Assembly: GCA_002269645.1 (NCBI GenBank)
Contig: NIVC01001242.1
Coordinates: 215,954-279,953, forward strand
Source: Macrostomum lignano
Lineage: Eukaryota
Length of the DNA stretch: 64,000 nucleotides
Direction: 5' to 3'
Shown here one piece after another: positions 46,490-59,130 of the stretch. Below the pieces are notes generated by a model. That model worked only from the letters and a program-made list of their open reading frames with translations. It searched no databases and was not told where the DNA came from. How positions within the stretch are numbered: the first letter of the stretch is position 1; each line of letters begins with the position of its first letter. A program made the position numbers and the translations under genes.

Positions 46490-47990
46490 TGTGTCGGCTC
46501 TCTCTGTGTATGCATATGAGGGTTGTTGCGGATTTTAATAAACCTTTGTTTTAATGACAGCTACATGTATAATTACGAGTACTAAAATTTCCATTTAAAA
46601 TCGCCAAATTTATTTTAATATTTGAGTGACGTTTGCACGAATGTACTCTTTTGCCATAGACAGGGGAAATTGTGGGAAATATTATAGTATATCGTTCTTA
46701 TATTACGATACCATTAACTTTTTGAAGTACAAATAACATTAAAATTATACGTTACAGCAAAAATTTCATTACTTTTTTAACTTACCTTCAATTATGCTAT
46801 ACTGCGAAATCTTCAATATCAAGATATTTTCTGCTGGTGAATTTCAGTTGGAATTTTTGCAGTAAATAGCTTATATGAAATTGCTGGTGGTTTCAAAGTT
46901 AATCGCAGGGTAAGAGAGCTGCCGTAGTGACTATGTACATTAATTTAGCCAGCAATGTACAGAGCTGCCCTGCAGCAGAAGCCAATTCTCTTTGACCAAC
47001 TGATACAGAAATAAGTGTCAAGCAATATAGCCCTATACTATTTTATTTATCTACATGTAGTTTAGATTCTATTTAAATATAAACCAAATCTATATGTGTA
47101 TCAACATGTACATGTGTCTAACATTTTTGCAGTGAGTTATTTTGTTTGAATTTGATTTTGGCCGATATTATCAATTAGTGTAAATAATATGTATGACCTA
47201 AATCGCCACGGACCCACTCGCTAAATTCAAAGTCACACACCAAACTGCCAAAATTGTGACTGACACCCAGAACGAATAAAATTTAGCATAATTTGGCCTC
47301 CAAACTGTTGGCTTGCATTGATATAATTTCTCTGTGAACTATACATTTACTGAACTCTAGGATGGTGGCAAATCGGACATCAGGGAGGTGGCAAATCGGA
47401 CATCAGGGAGGTGGCAAATCGGACATCAGGGAGGTGGCAAATCGGACATCAGGGAGGTGGCAAATCGGACATCAGGAAGGTGGCAAATCGGACATCAGGG
47501 AGGTGGCAAATCGGAGGAGGATATTCATTTGAGGATATTCGGAGTTCGATTCGTCTTCAATAGCAGATTAGCGTTAGCAGATTCGATCTGCCAATATAAC
47601 TCGCAATGTGTCGAGAAAGGAAGCGAAAAAATGGCATTGCTACTTCCAGTAATATGTACGGTATAAACTATGTAATAAGCTTTCAAAACACAAAAAAATT
47701 AATGCCCATTTTTAAGCAGTCTTATATGTGCTTAGCTACATAAATACTTTCCAAATAAAAAGTTCTGTAAATTCTCAATAGCCACGAGTCGTAACTTCGC
47801 GGGTAAAAACATTTTGATGATCCAACAAAATGGTAGCTGTGTAACAGGTCGCTTATTATCGGTAGTCTCTGATTATAACAGTTTTTATTCCTGCTATATT
47901 ATGCTCACAAGCCAGAAAGAATTTCTAACACACTGGCCTCTGAGGGCCCTATTATTGAGTGTGAGGCCCACATCTTCGAATCGGGTCCAT

Positions 47991-48365
47991 GTGAATTGCC
48001 CGCGAGTGAATTGTCCGCGAGTGAATTGCCCGCGAGTGAATTGCCCGCGAGTGAATTGCCCGCGAGTGAATTGCCCGCGGAGTTTTTCCCGCCGAGGTTT
48101 GCCCGCAATGCTTTTTTTCCTGCAGTGCGTTATTTAGCCACGTGGCAGATTTTGTCTGCATTGCCTCCCAATGCTTAGTACATGTACATTTAGATCTTAA
48201 TAGAGATTTACACGATCAAAACGTTTTGATAGTAACTGCATATCAAATGCATATTTTTTGGTAAAACTCCGCGGGCAACTCGCTCGCGGGCAAATTGCCC
48301 TGCGGGAAAATCTCGGCGGGAAAAGCTCGCGGCGGGCAAATCTCGGCGGGCAATTCGTCTGCGGG
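47991..48365. repeat. Inverted arrays of a CCCGCG-containing unit (foldback/MITE-like)
   Basis: (GTGAATTGCCCGCGA)x5 + TTGCCCGCGGAGTTTT versus AAAACTCCGCGGGCAA.. at 48262 onward; another AAAACTCCGCGGGCAAC at ~49012. Confidence 0.7.
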
Positions 48366-49126
48366 CATTTCTCGTGCTCCCCTCCGAATCTCCCTGTAGC
48401 CGCAATTTATTCAAGACAGTGTATTTTTTAGGTTTAGTTGACAAAATGAAGAGCAATGCATAATTTGAGCGGGGCAGGACTATCGCTCGAGTAGTTTTAT
48501 CTGTCCTAACCCTCCCCCCCAAAGCATTGCTGAGAGTCTGTGTCACGTGACACGTGTCACGCGTTCGCAGGCTGCTGGCTTGGCCTTCGAACCTCAGCTT
48601 TATTATCTGCCCTTTAGTGTAGGGCTGGTTTGGCTGGATTGCAAAATTTCCTGTTTTTAGCTACTAATTAGCTGCCGAGGCAAATTTTCAATATACTCAT
48701 GCTTTTTACCCGCCGGTCGAGAAAAGAGGAAACGAGAAAAGCCTTGTTTTATCGCTTCGATCTAAGCACAATGAAGCTTATTTCATTTTCTACACTGTAT
48801 AACCATTATATGCTGAGAGACAGTTTTTTTCACATTAATTAAGCCACCCGGAATTATCATCAATTGTTCTGTTAGACAGCCATTGGTTTCGCTTTGCAGT
48901 GACGCTTAGGCGGTTGCCATGGCCAGTCACTGTGAAAGCTCCCTTCGCCACGGGAAGGCTGCTGTCTATGGATCCGCGTTTTTTTTTCTTTTTTTTTCTT
49001 TTTTTTTTGGTAAAACTCCGCGGGCAACTCGCTCGTGGGCAAATCGCGGGCAAAAAAGTTCATTTTTTTTCAAAAAAAAACGAGAGGAACTACTGAAGTA
49101 GCTTAAGTTTATTTGCAACTTATTTA

Positions 49127-49453
49127 CTAATTATCAGAGTTAAAATATTCAATAATATAATCAATGGTTTGAAATATCCTACTAGGATCTTCTCTGTAAT
49201 AGTTCAATAAACGATTTCTCCCTACCTGAAAGATAGCAGTAAAAATCGTCGTAAAATTTCTCCCTCTCAACCTATCAGCAATTTCACGAATAATATCAAT
49301 TCCTGTAATTATAAGATTTGGATTTTCTCTCAAAAAATTAAACAAATAAGTTGCAACGTTACTTAAGATGCTCCACATGTCGCCGTCGCGCCCAGAAGGC
49401 GTAACAAAAAAGCTTCCGTTACGACTTTGGTTTTCGACAGTAGTGTTAGACAT
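49127..49453 (-). CDS. Orphan 108-aa protein with an internal two-fold repeat
   Basis: The paralogue at 61779-62021 differs by many synonymous changes; internal motif LxNxxRExPxxIxxxIDxIxE occurs twice. Confidence 0.5.
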   Translation of the reverse strand: MSNTTVENQSRNGSFFVTPSGRDGDMWSILSNVATYLFNFLRENPNLIITGIDIIREIADRLRGRNFTTIFTAIFQVGRNRLLNYYREDPSRIFQTIDYIIEYFNSDN

Positions 49454-50169
49454 GTTTGCCGATCCTCTAATTACTTCTGCACTCGCCCAAAGCTAGTTTT
49501 ATAATGAACTTCGCTTATCTCTGTCCTCGGCAAGGTCTTCTCCCATTGGCTGGGCTGCACAGCCATACGCAGAGGCCAAGCAATAAATGTATCGCATACA
49601 GCAGGCTTATCAGCACTAGCGCAAATTCTGTGTTTATCAATGCTGTGTTTACCCAATGCTGTCGTCACCAATGCTGTGTTCACCAATGCTGCGTTCACCA
49701 ATGCTGTGCTCACCAATGCTGTATTCACCAATGCTGGTGCCTAAAAATAAAAACGTGTAATTAGATTGCCTTACAAGTATTTATTAAAATTTATTTATCA
49801 AGTATACAAAAATTAAAATCAAAATATCTTTATGATGCGGCGAGTCCAGATATGGGATCCCAAAGGTAGGACAGGTAGGGGAGAAAGGTAGAGAGAGTAC
49901 ATGGTAGTCGGAACTTCTCACCGTTTGCTTGTCACTGACTTTCATTTTCATTGACTTTATCCAACATTTCTATTGCCTTGCCATCATATACAGGTTCATT
50001 CACACTTCCGACCCGTTTTTGCTCATGGGCGCAGGAACATTTCAAACACTGGGGGGGCAGGTTCAGTGGCGGATTTAGGGGGGGCACAGGGCACGCCCCC
50101 CCCCCGTCGAGTGTGATTTTTTATATGGAAAATGCACATTATCATGTACCGATTATTTTCAGGATCGGT

Positions 50170-50885
50170 GTTGTCAGCACTCATTTTAGCGCTAAAAGCA
50201 TCCATTTTAGCGCCGCAGGCACTCATTTTAGCGCCAAAAGCATCCATTTTAGCGCCAAAAGCACTCATTTTAGCGCCGCAGGCACTCATTTTAGCACCAA
50301 AAGCATCCATTTTAGCGCCGCAGGCACTCATTTTAGCGCCAAAAGCATCCATTTTAGCGCCGCAGGCACTCATTTTAGCGCCAAAAGCATCCATTTTAGC
50401 GCCAAAAGCATCCATTTTAGCGCCGCAGGCACTCATTTTAGCGCCAAAAGCATCCATTTTAGCGCCGCAGGCACTCATTTTAGCGCCAAAAGCATCTATT
50501 TTAGCGCCAAAAGCACTCATTTTAGCGCCGCAGGCACTCATTTTAGCGCCAAAAGCATCCATTTTAGCGCCAAAAGCATCCATTTTAGCGCCAAAAGCAT
50601 CCATTTTAGCGCCGCAGGCACTCATTTTAGCGCCAAAAGCATCCATTTTAGCGCCGCAGGCACTCATTTTAGCGCCAAAAGCATCCATTTTAGCGTCAAA
50701 AGCATCCATTTTAGCGCCGCAGGCACTCATTTTAGCGCCAAAAGCATCCATTTTAGCGTCAAAAGCATCCATTTTAGCGCCGCAGGCACTCATTTTAGCG
50801 CCAAAAGCATCCATTTTAGCGCCGCAGGCACTCATTTTAGCGCCAAAAGCATCCATTTTAGCGCCAAAAGCATCCATTTTAGCGC
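50170..50885. repeat. 21-bp minisatellite with two interleaved variants
   Basis: CATTTTAGCGCCAAAAGCATC / CATTTTAGCGCCGCAGGCACT, ~34 units; preceded by hAT-like termini CATGGGCGCAGGAAC (~50024) and CAGTGGCGGATTTAGGGG (~50064). Confidence 0.9.
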
Positions 50886-51015
50886 AATGCTGGATTTGTC
50901 AAAAACTCCCAGTGAATTTCGCTTGCAGAAGCAAAAGGTTTTCGAAATGCTATGGAAAGAGTCTGGTGAGCAACAAATCCATGAGCAGGTGGTGCGTAGG
51001 ATCAAGGCTTAGCGT

Positions 51016-51538
51016 CAAAGGCCTGGCTGAGCATGCTACCTGTCGGAGTCACCTGACCGAGGCAGGCGGAGGTCAGACTGGATGGACACTGGGGTGCCAT
51101 TTGAGGTGTCTCCCGAAGACGATTACCAAACAAAAGCTTCAGATTCGCAGCAAGGACAAACCGAAAAGGGCAAAAGTGCCACAGGTGGCACCTCAAGGCA
51201 GACACTGTAGAAAAACAAGATAAGTGGAGCCACCGAAGCTGCACCTGAGCTCAGATCAAGCAAGGTCTTCCCGATAAGAGAGTCGACCGATAAGGGAGCT
51301 CACCTGAGAAGAGCAGTCATGCAGCCCCAAGAATCAGCTGACACTGACGTCAATAGTCGTAAGCAACACTGGGCAAGAGAGCTGCATGAGCAGCAGTTCA
51401 ACTGTGAACTATCTTGAGTAGCTGCGCGAATTTTGAAAGCTTTGTGATAAGATAAACATTGTCAGTCTGTTGTGGAGCTCACAGTGAGACGCTTTGGCTG
51501 CAGCGGAAAGTTCAAGAATCGAGCCATTGTGCTGTTCA
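51016..51538. repeat. Dispersed ~520-bp repeat, copy 1
   Basis: Direct, diverged match to 55666-56190, from TCAAAGGCCTGGCT to CATTGTGCTGTTCA. Confidence 0.85.
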
Positions 51539-51659
51539 GCTAATCCTTTGCTACGTGTGTGTTTGCATGTGGTTATGGTTCAGCATTTTTTCATTCGTAA
51601 AATTATTTGGTAGCTGAAGAAGCACGGCTTTAAAGTGAGCTGCATTCGAGTTGGCTCAG

Positions 51660-53427
51660 AGATGGGCTGATTGAGAGTGCTCAGAGTAGGGCTGATTGAG
51701 AGTGCTCAGAGTAGGGCTGATTGAGAGTGCTCAGAGTAGGGCTGAATGGGAGTGCTCAGAGTAGGGCTGAATGGGAGTGCTCAGAGTAGGGCTGAATGGG
51801 AGTGCTCAGAGTAGGGCTGAATGGGAGTGCTCAGAGTAGGGCTGAATGGAAGTGCTCAGAGTAGGGCTGAATGAGAGTGCTCAGAGTAGGGCTGATTGAG
51901 AGTGCTCAGAGTAGGGCTGAATGAGAGTGCTCAGAGTAGGGCTGGCTGAATGAGAGTGCTCAGAGTAGGGCTGAATGGGAGTGCTCAGAGTAGGGCTGAA
52001 TGGGAGTGCTCAGAGTAGGGCTGAATGGGAGTGCTCAGAGTAGGGCTGAATGGAAGTGCTCAGAGTAGGGCTGAATGAGAGTGCTCAGAGTAGGGCTGAT
52101 TGAGAGTGCTCAGAGTAGGGCTGAATGAGAGTGCTCAGAGTAGGGCTGAATGGGAGTGCTCAGAGTAGGGCTGAATGGGAGTGCTCAGAGTAGGGCTGAA
52201 TGGGAGTGCTCAGAGTAGGGCTGAATGGGAGTGCTCAGAGTAGGGCTGAATGGGAGTGCTCAGAGTAGGGCTGAATGGGAGTGCTCAGAGTAGGGCTGAA
52301 TGGGAGTGCTCAGAGTAGGGCTGAATGGAAGTGCTCAGAGTAGGGCTGAATGAGAGTGCTCAGAGTAGGGCTGATTGAGAGTGCTCAGAGTAGGGCTGAA
52401 TGAGAGTGCTCAGAGTAGGGCTGGCTGAATGAGAGTGCTCAGAGTAGGGCTGAATGGGAGTGCTCAGAGTAGGGCTGAATGGGAGTGCTCAGAGTAGGGC
52501 TGAATGGGAGTGCTCAGAGTAGGGCTGAATGGAAGTGCTCAGAGTAGGGCTGAATGAGAGTGCTCAGAGTAGGGCTGATTGAGAGTGCTCAGAGTAGGGC
52601 TGAATGAGAGTGCTCAGAGTAGGGCTGAATGGGAGTGCTCAGAGTAGGGCTGAATGGGAGTGCTCAGAGTAGGGCTGAATGGGAGTGCTCAGAGTAGGGC
52701 TGAATGGGAGTGCTCAGAGTAGGGCTGAATGGGAGTGCTCAGAGTAGGGCTGAATGGGAGTGCTCAGAGTAGGGCTGAATGGGAGTGCTCAGAGTAGGGC
52801 TGAATGGAAGTGCTCAGAGTAGGGCTGAATGAGAGTGCTCAGAGTAGGGCTGATTGAGAGTGCTCAGAGTAGGGCTGAATGAGAGTGCTCAGAGTAGGGC
52901 TGGCTGAATGAGAGTGCTCAGAGTAGGGCTGAATGGGAGTGCTCAGAGTAGGGCTGAATGGGAGTGCTCAGAGTAGGGCTGAATGGGAGTGCTCAGAGTA
53001 GGGCTGAATGGAAGTGCTCAGAGTAGGGCTGAATGAGAGTGCTCAGAGTAGGGCTGATTGAGAGTGCTCAGAGTAGGGCTGAATGAGAGTGCTCAGAGTA
53101 GGGCTGGCTGAATGAGAGTGCTCAGAGTAGGGCTGAATGGGAGTGCTCAGAGTAGGGCTGAATGGGAGTGCTCAGAGTAGGGCTGAATGGGAGTGCTCAG
53201 AGTAGGGCTGAATGAGAGTGCTCAGAGTAGGGCTGAATTGGAGTGCTCAGAGTAGGGCTGAATGAGAGTGCTCAGAGTAGGGCTGAATGGGAGTGCTCAG
53301 AGTAGGGCTGAATGGGAGTGCTCAGAGTAGGGCTGAATGGGAGTGCTCAGAGTAGGGCTGATTGAGAGTGATCAGAGTAGGGCTGAATGGGAGTGCTCAG
53401 AGTAGGGCTGAATGAGAGTGCTCAGAG
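51660..53427. repeat. 25-bp minisatellite (~70 copies) with higher-order structure
   Basis: GAGTGCTCAGAGTAGGGCTGAATG(G/A); the +4-bp variant GCTGGCTG recurs at 51941, 52420, 52899 and 53103. Confidence 0.95.
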
Positions 53428-53794
53428 AAGACTCCAAAGCTAATGCTAGAGAAACACTCACCGTTAAGTAAGTTAAGTAACAATTCTAAGCAGTTTGGTA
53501 CACATTCTGGTTTGAAGGGCATTATGAGGCTTATGATCTGCGGCGAGTGTGAGGCCATTTAGTTATTTTTTAGGTGAATAACGCCTCGGTGAATGCAAGC
53601 GACTGGTTGATTGGTGCTTGATAAATTATTGAAACAGTTTCACTGAAAACTTCTAACTAAACCAGACTGCCATTTTGGTATTAAATCTATTTCAGTTTTC
53701 ATATTCTCCCTAAACTGGTTCTGTGTTATGCTATTGTTAGCACCTAGACTGTTGAAGTACCTTGATACTCAGTTTCTTTTTCCTCAGTTCCTTT

Positions 53795-54302
53795 GGCACA
53801 CACAGCTACAGCACTTAAAACAGCTACAGCACAAACAGCTACAGCACACAAAGCTACAGCACACACAGCTACAGCACACACAGCTACAGCACACACAGCT
53901 ACAGCACAGATCCAGCACACACAGCTACAGCACACACAGCTACAGCACAAACAGCTACAGCACACAGCTACAGCACACACAGCTACAGCACACACAGCTA
54001 CAGCACACAGCTACAGCACACACAGCTACAGCACAAACAGCTACAGCACACAGCTACAGCACACACAGCTACAGCACACAGCTACAGCACACATAGCTAC
54101 AGCACAAACAGCTACAGCACACAGCTACATGTACAGCACACAGCTACAGCACACACAGCTACAGCACAAACAGCTACAGCACACAGCTACAGCACACACA
54201 GCTACAGCACACAGCTACAGCACACAGCTACAGCACACAGCTACAGCACACAGCTACAGCACACAGCTACAGCACACAGCTACAGCACACACAGCTACAG
54301 CA
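53795..54302. repeat. 13-15-bp (CA)nCAGCTACAG minisatellite
   Basis: CACACAGCTACAG repeated ~36 times. Confidence 0.95.
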
Positions 54303-54349
54303 TGCAAATTATCCCTAATTGCCTCAATTCGCATCCTCTCAGACCCGAA

Positions 54350-54823
54350 GGCCCCCCGTTCCTGGAGCGCTGGGACGCCGTTCGCCTCATCGGCCGCGGA
54401 GGCTTCGGCGAAGTCCACGAAGTTCGAACTGACACGGGCGTCACGTGCGCTGCCAAGACTCTCAGACTGCCTGTGCAGCTCGGTGATGAACTGCCCTCTG
54501 TGAGCACAGAGATCCAAAGAGCTGTCGAGAGCGAGAGAAACCTGTGCCAACATCGTCAGGTTCTTGCACATCGCTCAGCCGGAGCCCGCCACAGTCGTAG
54601 TGTTCATGGAGCTGCTGGACGGCCGAAGCTTGGAGAGGTTTATCGACAACAAGCCGCTGGACGAACCAAAGATTCGTGAGTTCAGCGTGTAGGCGACCAT
54701 TGTGCATCCTTGATGCTCCTGTTCCATGTTCCCATGAATGATGACTGCTCACTGACCGACCGCTCGCAGATCTGCCGCGCGCTACTCTACCTGCACAGCC
54801 GGCAGCCGCCCGTGATCCACAGA
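54350..54823 (+). pseudogene. Ser/Thr protein kinase N-lobe pseudogene
   Basis: IGRGGFGEV (G-loop), CAAK, frameshift, NIVRFLHI..VFMELLDGRSL, stop/insertion, QICRALLYLH..VIHR, then truncated before the catalytic Asp. Confidence 0.8.
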
Positions 54824-55665
54824 TCCGCTAGCAGTATGTCGGTACCTTTGCAACTGCCACCGCCGGAGCCTTTTGATAAACAGAAAGAGCCACATAACCT
54901 ATCGGCAAGGTGGGCAGAATTGGCCAACCGTCTCAAGTGCTTCGTCACTTCATGCGGCATCGAGGACCCTACTCTACTTTTTTCCATTCGCAGTTAATTG
55001 AGCCTTTATCCAGATGAACCTTTAGGGAATGAACCCAGGCAGTAATCAACTAAATGTTCCTGCGAGAATAGAAAATGTTATTAGAACAAGTCATGAAGTT
55101 GCTATAAATTCATGGAAGCAAGTAATCCATGTCCTGCGAAGTTGAAAGTCCTCAGGTTTGAATTCTGATGGAGAATGGGGAAGCTGTGTTGAGCTAGAAT
55201 CTGATGGTGAATGGGGAAACTGTGCTAAGCTTGGATCTGATGAAGCAGAGAGCGGCAATCATTGCACAAGAGTTTTGCATTGGTTTCCACAGAAGTATTG
55301 AAGCACATTGGAGTTCATTCATTAGCTGAGGCAGGGTTCGTGTCCTCAGATTTGTCGGCTGGGCACACGCATTGGCTGAAAGCAAAGTCCTGACAGTTGA
55401 ATTGGGATGCATTACAGCACAAATACTTCACTTCATCATGTTGCAGAATTGGAATAAATGCCAAGCATTAGCAATATGACTGCCCCCAAGCCGAATCATG
55501 TGCATTTGAGTTTTTTATAAGTTAAACTTCTTCAGCTGATAACTTGTCTGCACATTTTCCATGCATTAGCCATGAGTGCTTGGTTTTCATGATTTTATTA
55601 GAATGGAAAATCAGATCCATGACTTGCAGAGGCTGAGAGGCTGTCTTGGAGTGGAGTCTTTTGTT

Positions 55666-56190
55666 TCAAAGGCCTGGCTAAGCATGTTAGCTCGTACCTG
55701 TCGGAGTCACCTGACCGAGGCAGGCAGATGTCGAACTGGACACTGGAGTGTAAGCGAGATGTCTCACGAAGACGATGACCAAACAAGAGCTTCAGATTCG
55801 CAGCAAGGACAGACCGAAACAAAAACAAAAATTGCCGCAGGTCGCACATAGAATCAGACCCAGGAGAAAACAAGATAAGTTGAGACACCGAAGCAGCAAC
55901 GCAGCTCAGAGCAAGCTCTTCCCCAATAAGAGAGTCGCAAAGAGCTGATCTGAGGAGAGCAGCTAGCCAAATGCAGCCCCAGGAATCAGCTGACACTGAC
56001 GTCAAGGGTCGAAAGCAACACTGGGCAAGAGAGCTGCGTGAGCAGCTGTTCAACTGTTGACTATTTTGAGCAGCTGTGCGATCGTTGAAAGCTTTGTGAT
56101 AAGATAAAGATTATCAGTCGGTTGTTGTGCTCACAGTGGAGCAATTTAATTGCAGCGGAAAGTTCAAGAATCACGCCATTGTGCTGTTCA
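55666..56190. repeat. Dispersed ~520-bp repeat, copy 2
   Basis: Direct match to 51016-51538. Confidence 0.85.
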
Positions 56191-56394
56191 GAAATCCCTT
56201 GCTGCTTTCGCCTTGCATGTGATCATGATTAAGCCAGCTGGCTCCACTTTATAATACTATAAGAACTTATTAAAGATAAAGTTGCTTCTTGTTGTTTGAA
56301 TTTGAAACCGAAAAAATCTGAGAAATTATTTTAGCTCTTATTATGCAAAATTTAAAATTAAGTGTGTAAAATTCTAATCGGGTTGAGCTTATAA

Positions 56395-58055
56395 GGTGCT
56401 GAGAGATTCTGAGATGATGACAGATTCTGAGATGATGACAGATTATGAGATGATGACAGATTCTGAGATGATGACAGATTCTGAGATGATGACAGATTCT
56501 GAGATGATGACAGATTTTGAGATGATGACAGATTCTGAGATGCTAAGAGATTCTGAGATGATGAGAGATTCTGAGATGATAAGAGATTCTGAGATGCTAA
56601 GAGATTCTGAGATGATGAGAGATTCTGAGATGATAAGAGATTCTGAGATGATGAGAGATTCTGAGATGATAAGAGATTCTGAGATGAGGACAGATTCTGA
56701 GATGATGGGAGATTCTGAGGTGATACATGTAAGATATTCTGAGATGCTAAGAGATTCTGAGATGCTAAGAGATTCTGAGATGCTAAGAGATTCTGAGATG
56801 CTAAGAGATTCTGAGATGATGACAGATTCTGAGATGATGACAGATTCTGAGATGATGACAGATTCTGAGATGATGACAGATTCTGAGATGATGACAGATT
56901 CTGAGATGCTAAGAGATTCTGAGATGATGACAGATTCTGAGATGATGACAGATTCTGAGATGATGACAGATTCTGAGATGATGACAGATTCTGAGGTGAT
57001 GAGAGATTCTGAGGTGATGAGAGATTCTGAGGTGATGAGAGATTCTGAGGTGATGGGAGATTCTGAGATGAGGACAGATTCTGAGATGATGACAGATTCT
57101 GAGGTGATGAGAGATTCTGAGATGATGGGAGATTCTGAGGTGATACATGTAAGATATTCTGAGATGCTAAGAGATTCTGAGATGCTAAGAGATTCTGAGA
57201 TGCTAAGAGATTCTGAGATGCTAAGAGATTCTGAGATGATGACAGATTCTGAGATGATGACAGATTCTGAGATGATGACAGATTCTGAGATGATGACAGA
57301 TTCTGAGATGATGGGAGATTCTGAGGTGATGAGAGATTCTGAGATGATGGGAGATTCTGAGGTGATACATGTAAGATATTCTGAGATGCTGAGAGATTCT
57401 GAAATGATGGGAGATTCTGAGATGAGGACAGATTCTGAGATGATGACAGATTCTGAGGTGATGAGAGATTCTGAGATGATGGGAGATTCTGAGGTGATAC
57501 ATGTAAGATATTCTGAGATGCTAAGAGATTCTGAGATGCTAAGAGATTCTGAGATGCTAAGAGATTCTGAGATGATGACAGATTCTGAGATGATGACAGA
57601 TTCTGAGATGATGACAGATTCTGAGATGATGGGAGATTCTGAGGTGATGAGAGATTCTGAGATGATGGGAGATTCTGAGGTGATACATGTAAGATATTCT
57701 GAGATGCTGAGAGATTCTGAGATGATGGGAGATTCTGAGGTGATATATGTAAGATATTCTGAGATGCTAAGAGATTCTGAGATGCTAAGAGATTCTGAGA
57801 TGCTAAGAGATTCTGAGATGATGACAGATTCTGAGATGATGACAGATTCTGAGATGATGACAGATTCTGAGATGATGGGAGATTCTGAGGTGATGAGAGA
57901 TTCTGAGATGATGGGAGATTCTGAGGTGATACATGTAAGATATTCTGAGATGCTAAGAGATTCTGAGATGAGGACAGATTATGAGATGATGACAGATTCT
58001 GAGATGATGGGAGATTCTGAGGTTATGAGAGATTCTGAGATGCTGAGAGATTCAT
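56395..58055. repeat. 18-bp minisatellite with a recurring 24-bp variant
   Basis: GAGATTCTGAGATG(A/C)T(G/A)A; variant TGATACATGTAAGATATT at ~56721, 57141, 57363, 57495, 57681, 57741 and 57927. Confidence 0.95.
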
Positions 58056-58889
58056 AGCGAGAGCATCGCCGAATACACGTAAACAAGCGGGCCTTCAAAT
58101 AATTTTGCGTTAATTGATCTTGCCTCTTTCACTGGTTGGAATATCGGCTTCACTCGCCAAGCGTCACCTACATTCCCCAGACCCCTAGTGGTCCGGACCG
58201 CCACAAGTCACATCCGGATACCTTACCCAGCATCTTTGAGCAACCCGTACCCGTGACTGCCTGAACCTGGTCCTTTGCCTAAAGCTTTTTAGTGGCCTTA
58301 AACTCCAAGCAATCACGGAAGTTTATCAATACTCACTGCCAGCCCTACCAACTCTACTGAGGTCTGTTGCCCTGCGGAACCAGCATTGCGATCTGTCAAC
58401 AGTGCCGGTTCTTCCGGACGAGCTGCTTAGCACGGACCACTGGCTCGAGTCGCTCTTTGAGGCGATTCTTATTCTGAGATCAGACAGTTCCGCCCTTTTT
58501 GCCAGCTGTAAAACTTGACTCAATGTACGGCTGAGGAGGAAACCCTCACCTGTTGCTCTTGTTGCTTCTACCATTTTTAAACCAATTGGGTGCTTCTGAT
58601 TGATTTGCGCTACGGCGCTGACCGGCGTTTGTGTACGCTGCCCACCCCCTCGTGTGTTTGCATCTCCCCTCGCCAACACGCACCCCTCCTCCTCGTGGGG
58701 GTGGGGCCGGGGGGTTTTATGCTGTGTTTTGGGGCAGTTGCATCGCTGCCTTGGTTGATTTTTTAAGATTCATAGAATATTGCATGACGAATGAACTGGG
58801 TCAGCTTGCCGGTTTCTTTTGACTTCCTCGCTGAGAACTTAAGAGTAGCTGACCACTGTAGCCCTCTCAAACTGGAAGGCAACATTTTA

Positions 58890-59130
58890 AATCTACACCT
58901 CTTACCTTCCAACTCTCTGAACCTGAGACGAAGCTGCTAAATAAGAGACTCGATTTTATTCCAACCCAAGCTCCTGACACTGATGATCTGGGAACTGTAT
59001 GCTGGAATTTCATTGCACACTTTTTCAGAAAGACTTTTTCAAACAAAGGGATCTTGCCAAAAGCAGCCTCCCCCTTAGAGAAATCAGTGAAGAAGGTTTC
59101 CCCTGGATTTCAAAGTAATGAGTGCAACCT
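58890..59130 (+). mobile_element. Possible Penelope-like retroelement fragment
   Basis: STPLTFQLSEPETKLLNKRLDFIPT resembles the pre-RT motif LS..E..LL.KGL.F.PT; a weak CLNL/GPLPKAF motif lies upstream at ~58260. Confidence 0.35.

Larger units (their letters stand above)
47364..50022. repeat. Segmental duplication, copy A (paralogous to 59577-63740)
   Basis: Shared in the same order: 23-bp array plus ~330-bp flank, ~300-bp block from ~48745, orphan ORF, 15-bp array and upstream exon-like block. Confidence 0.9.

Noticed and set aside
49951-51223. 353-, 284- and 363-aa ORFs
   Set aside because: Produced by a stop-free 21-bp minisatellite.
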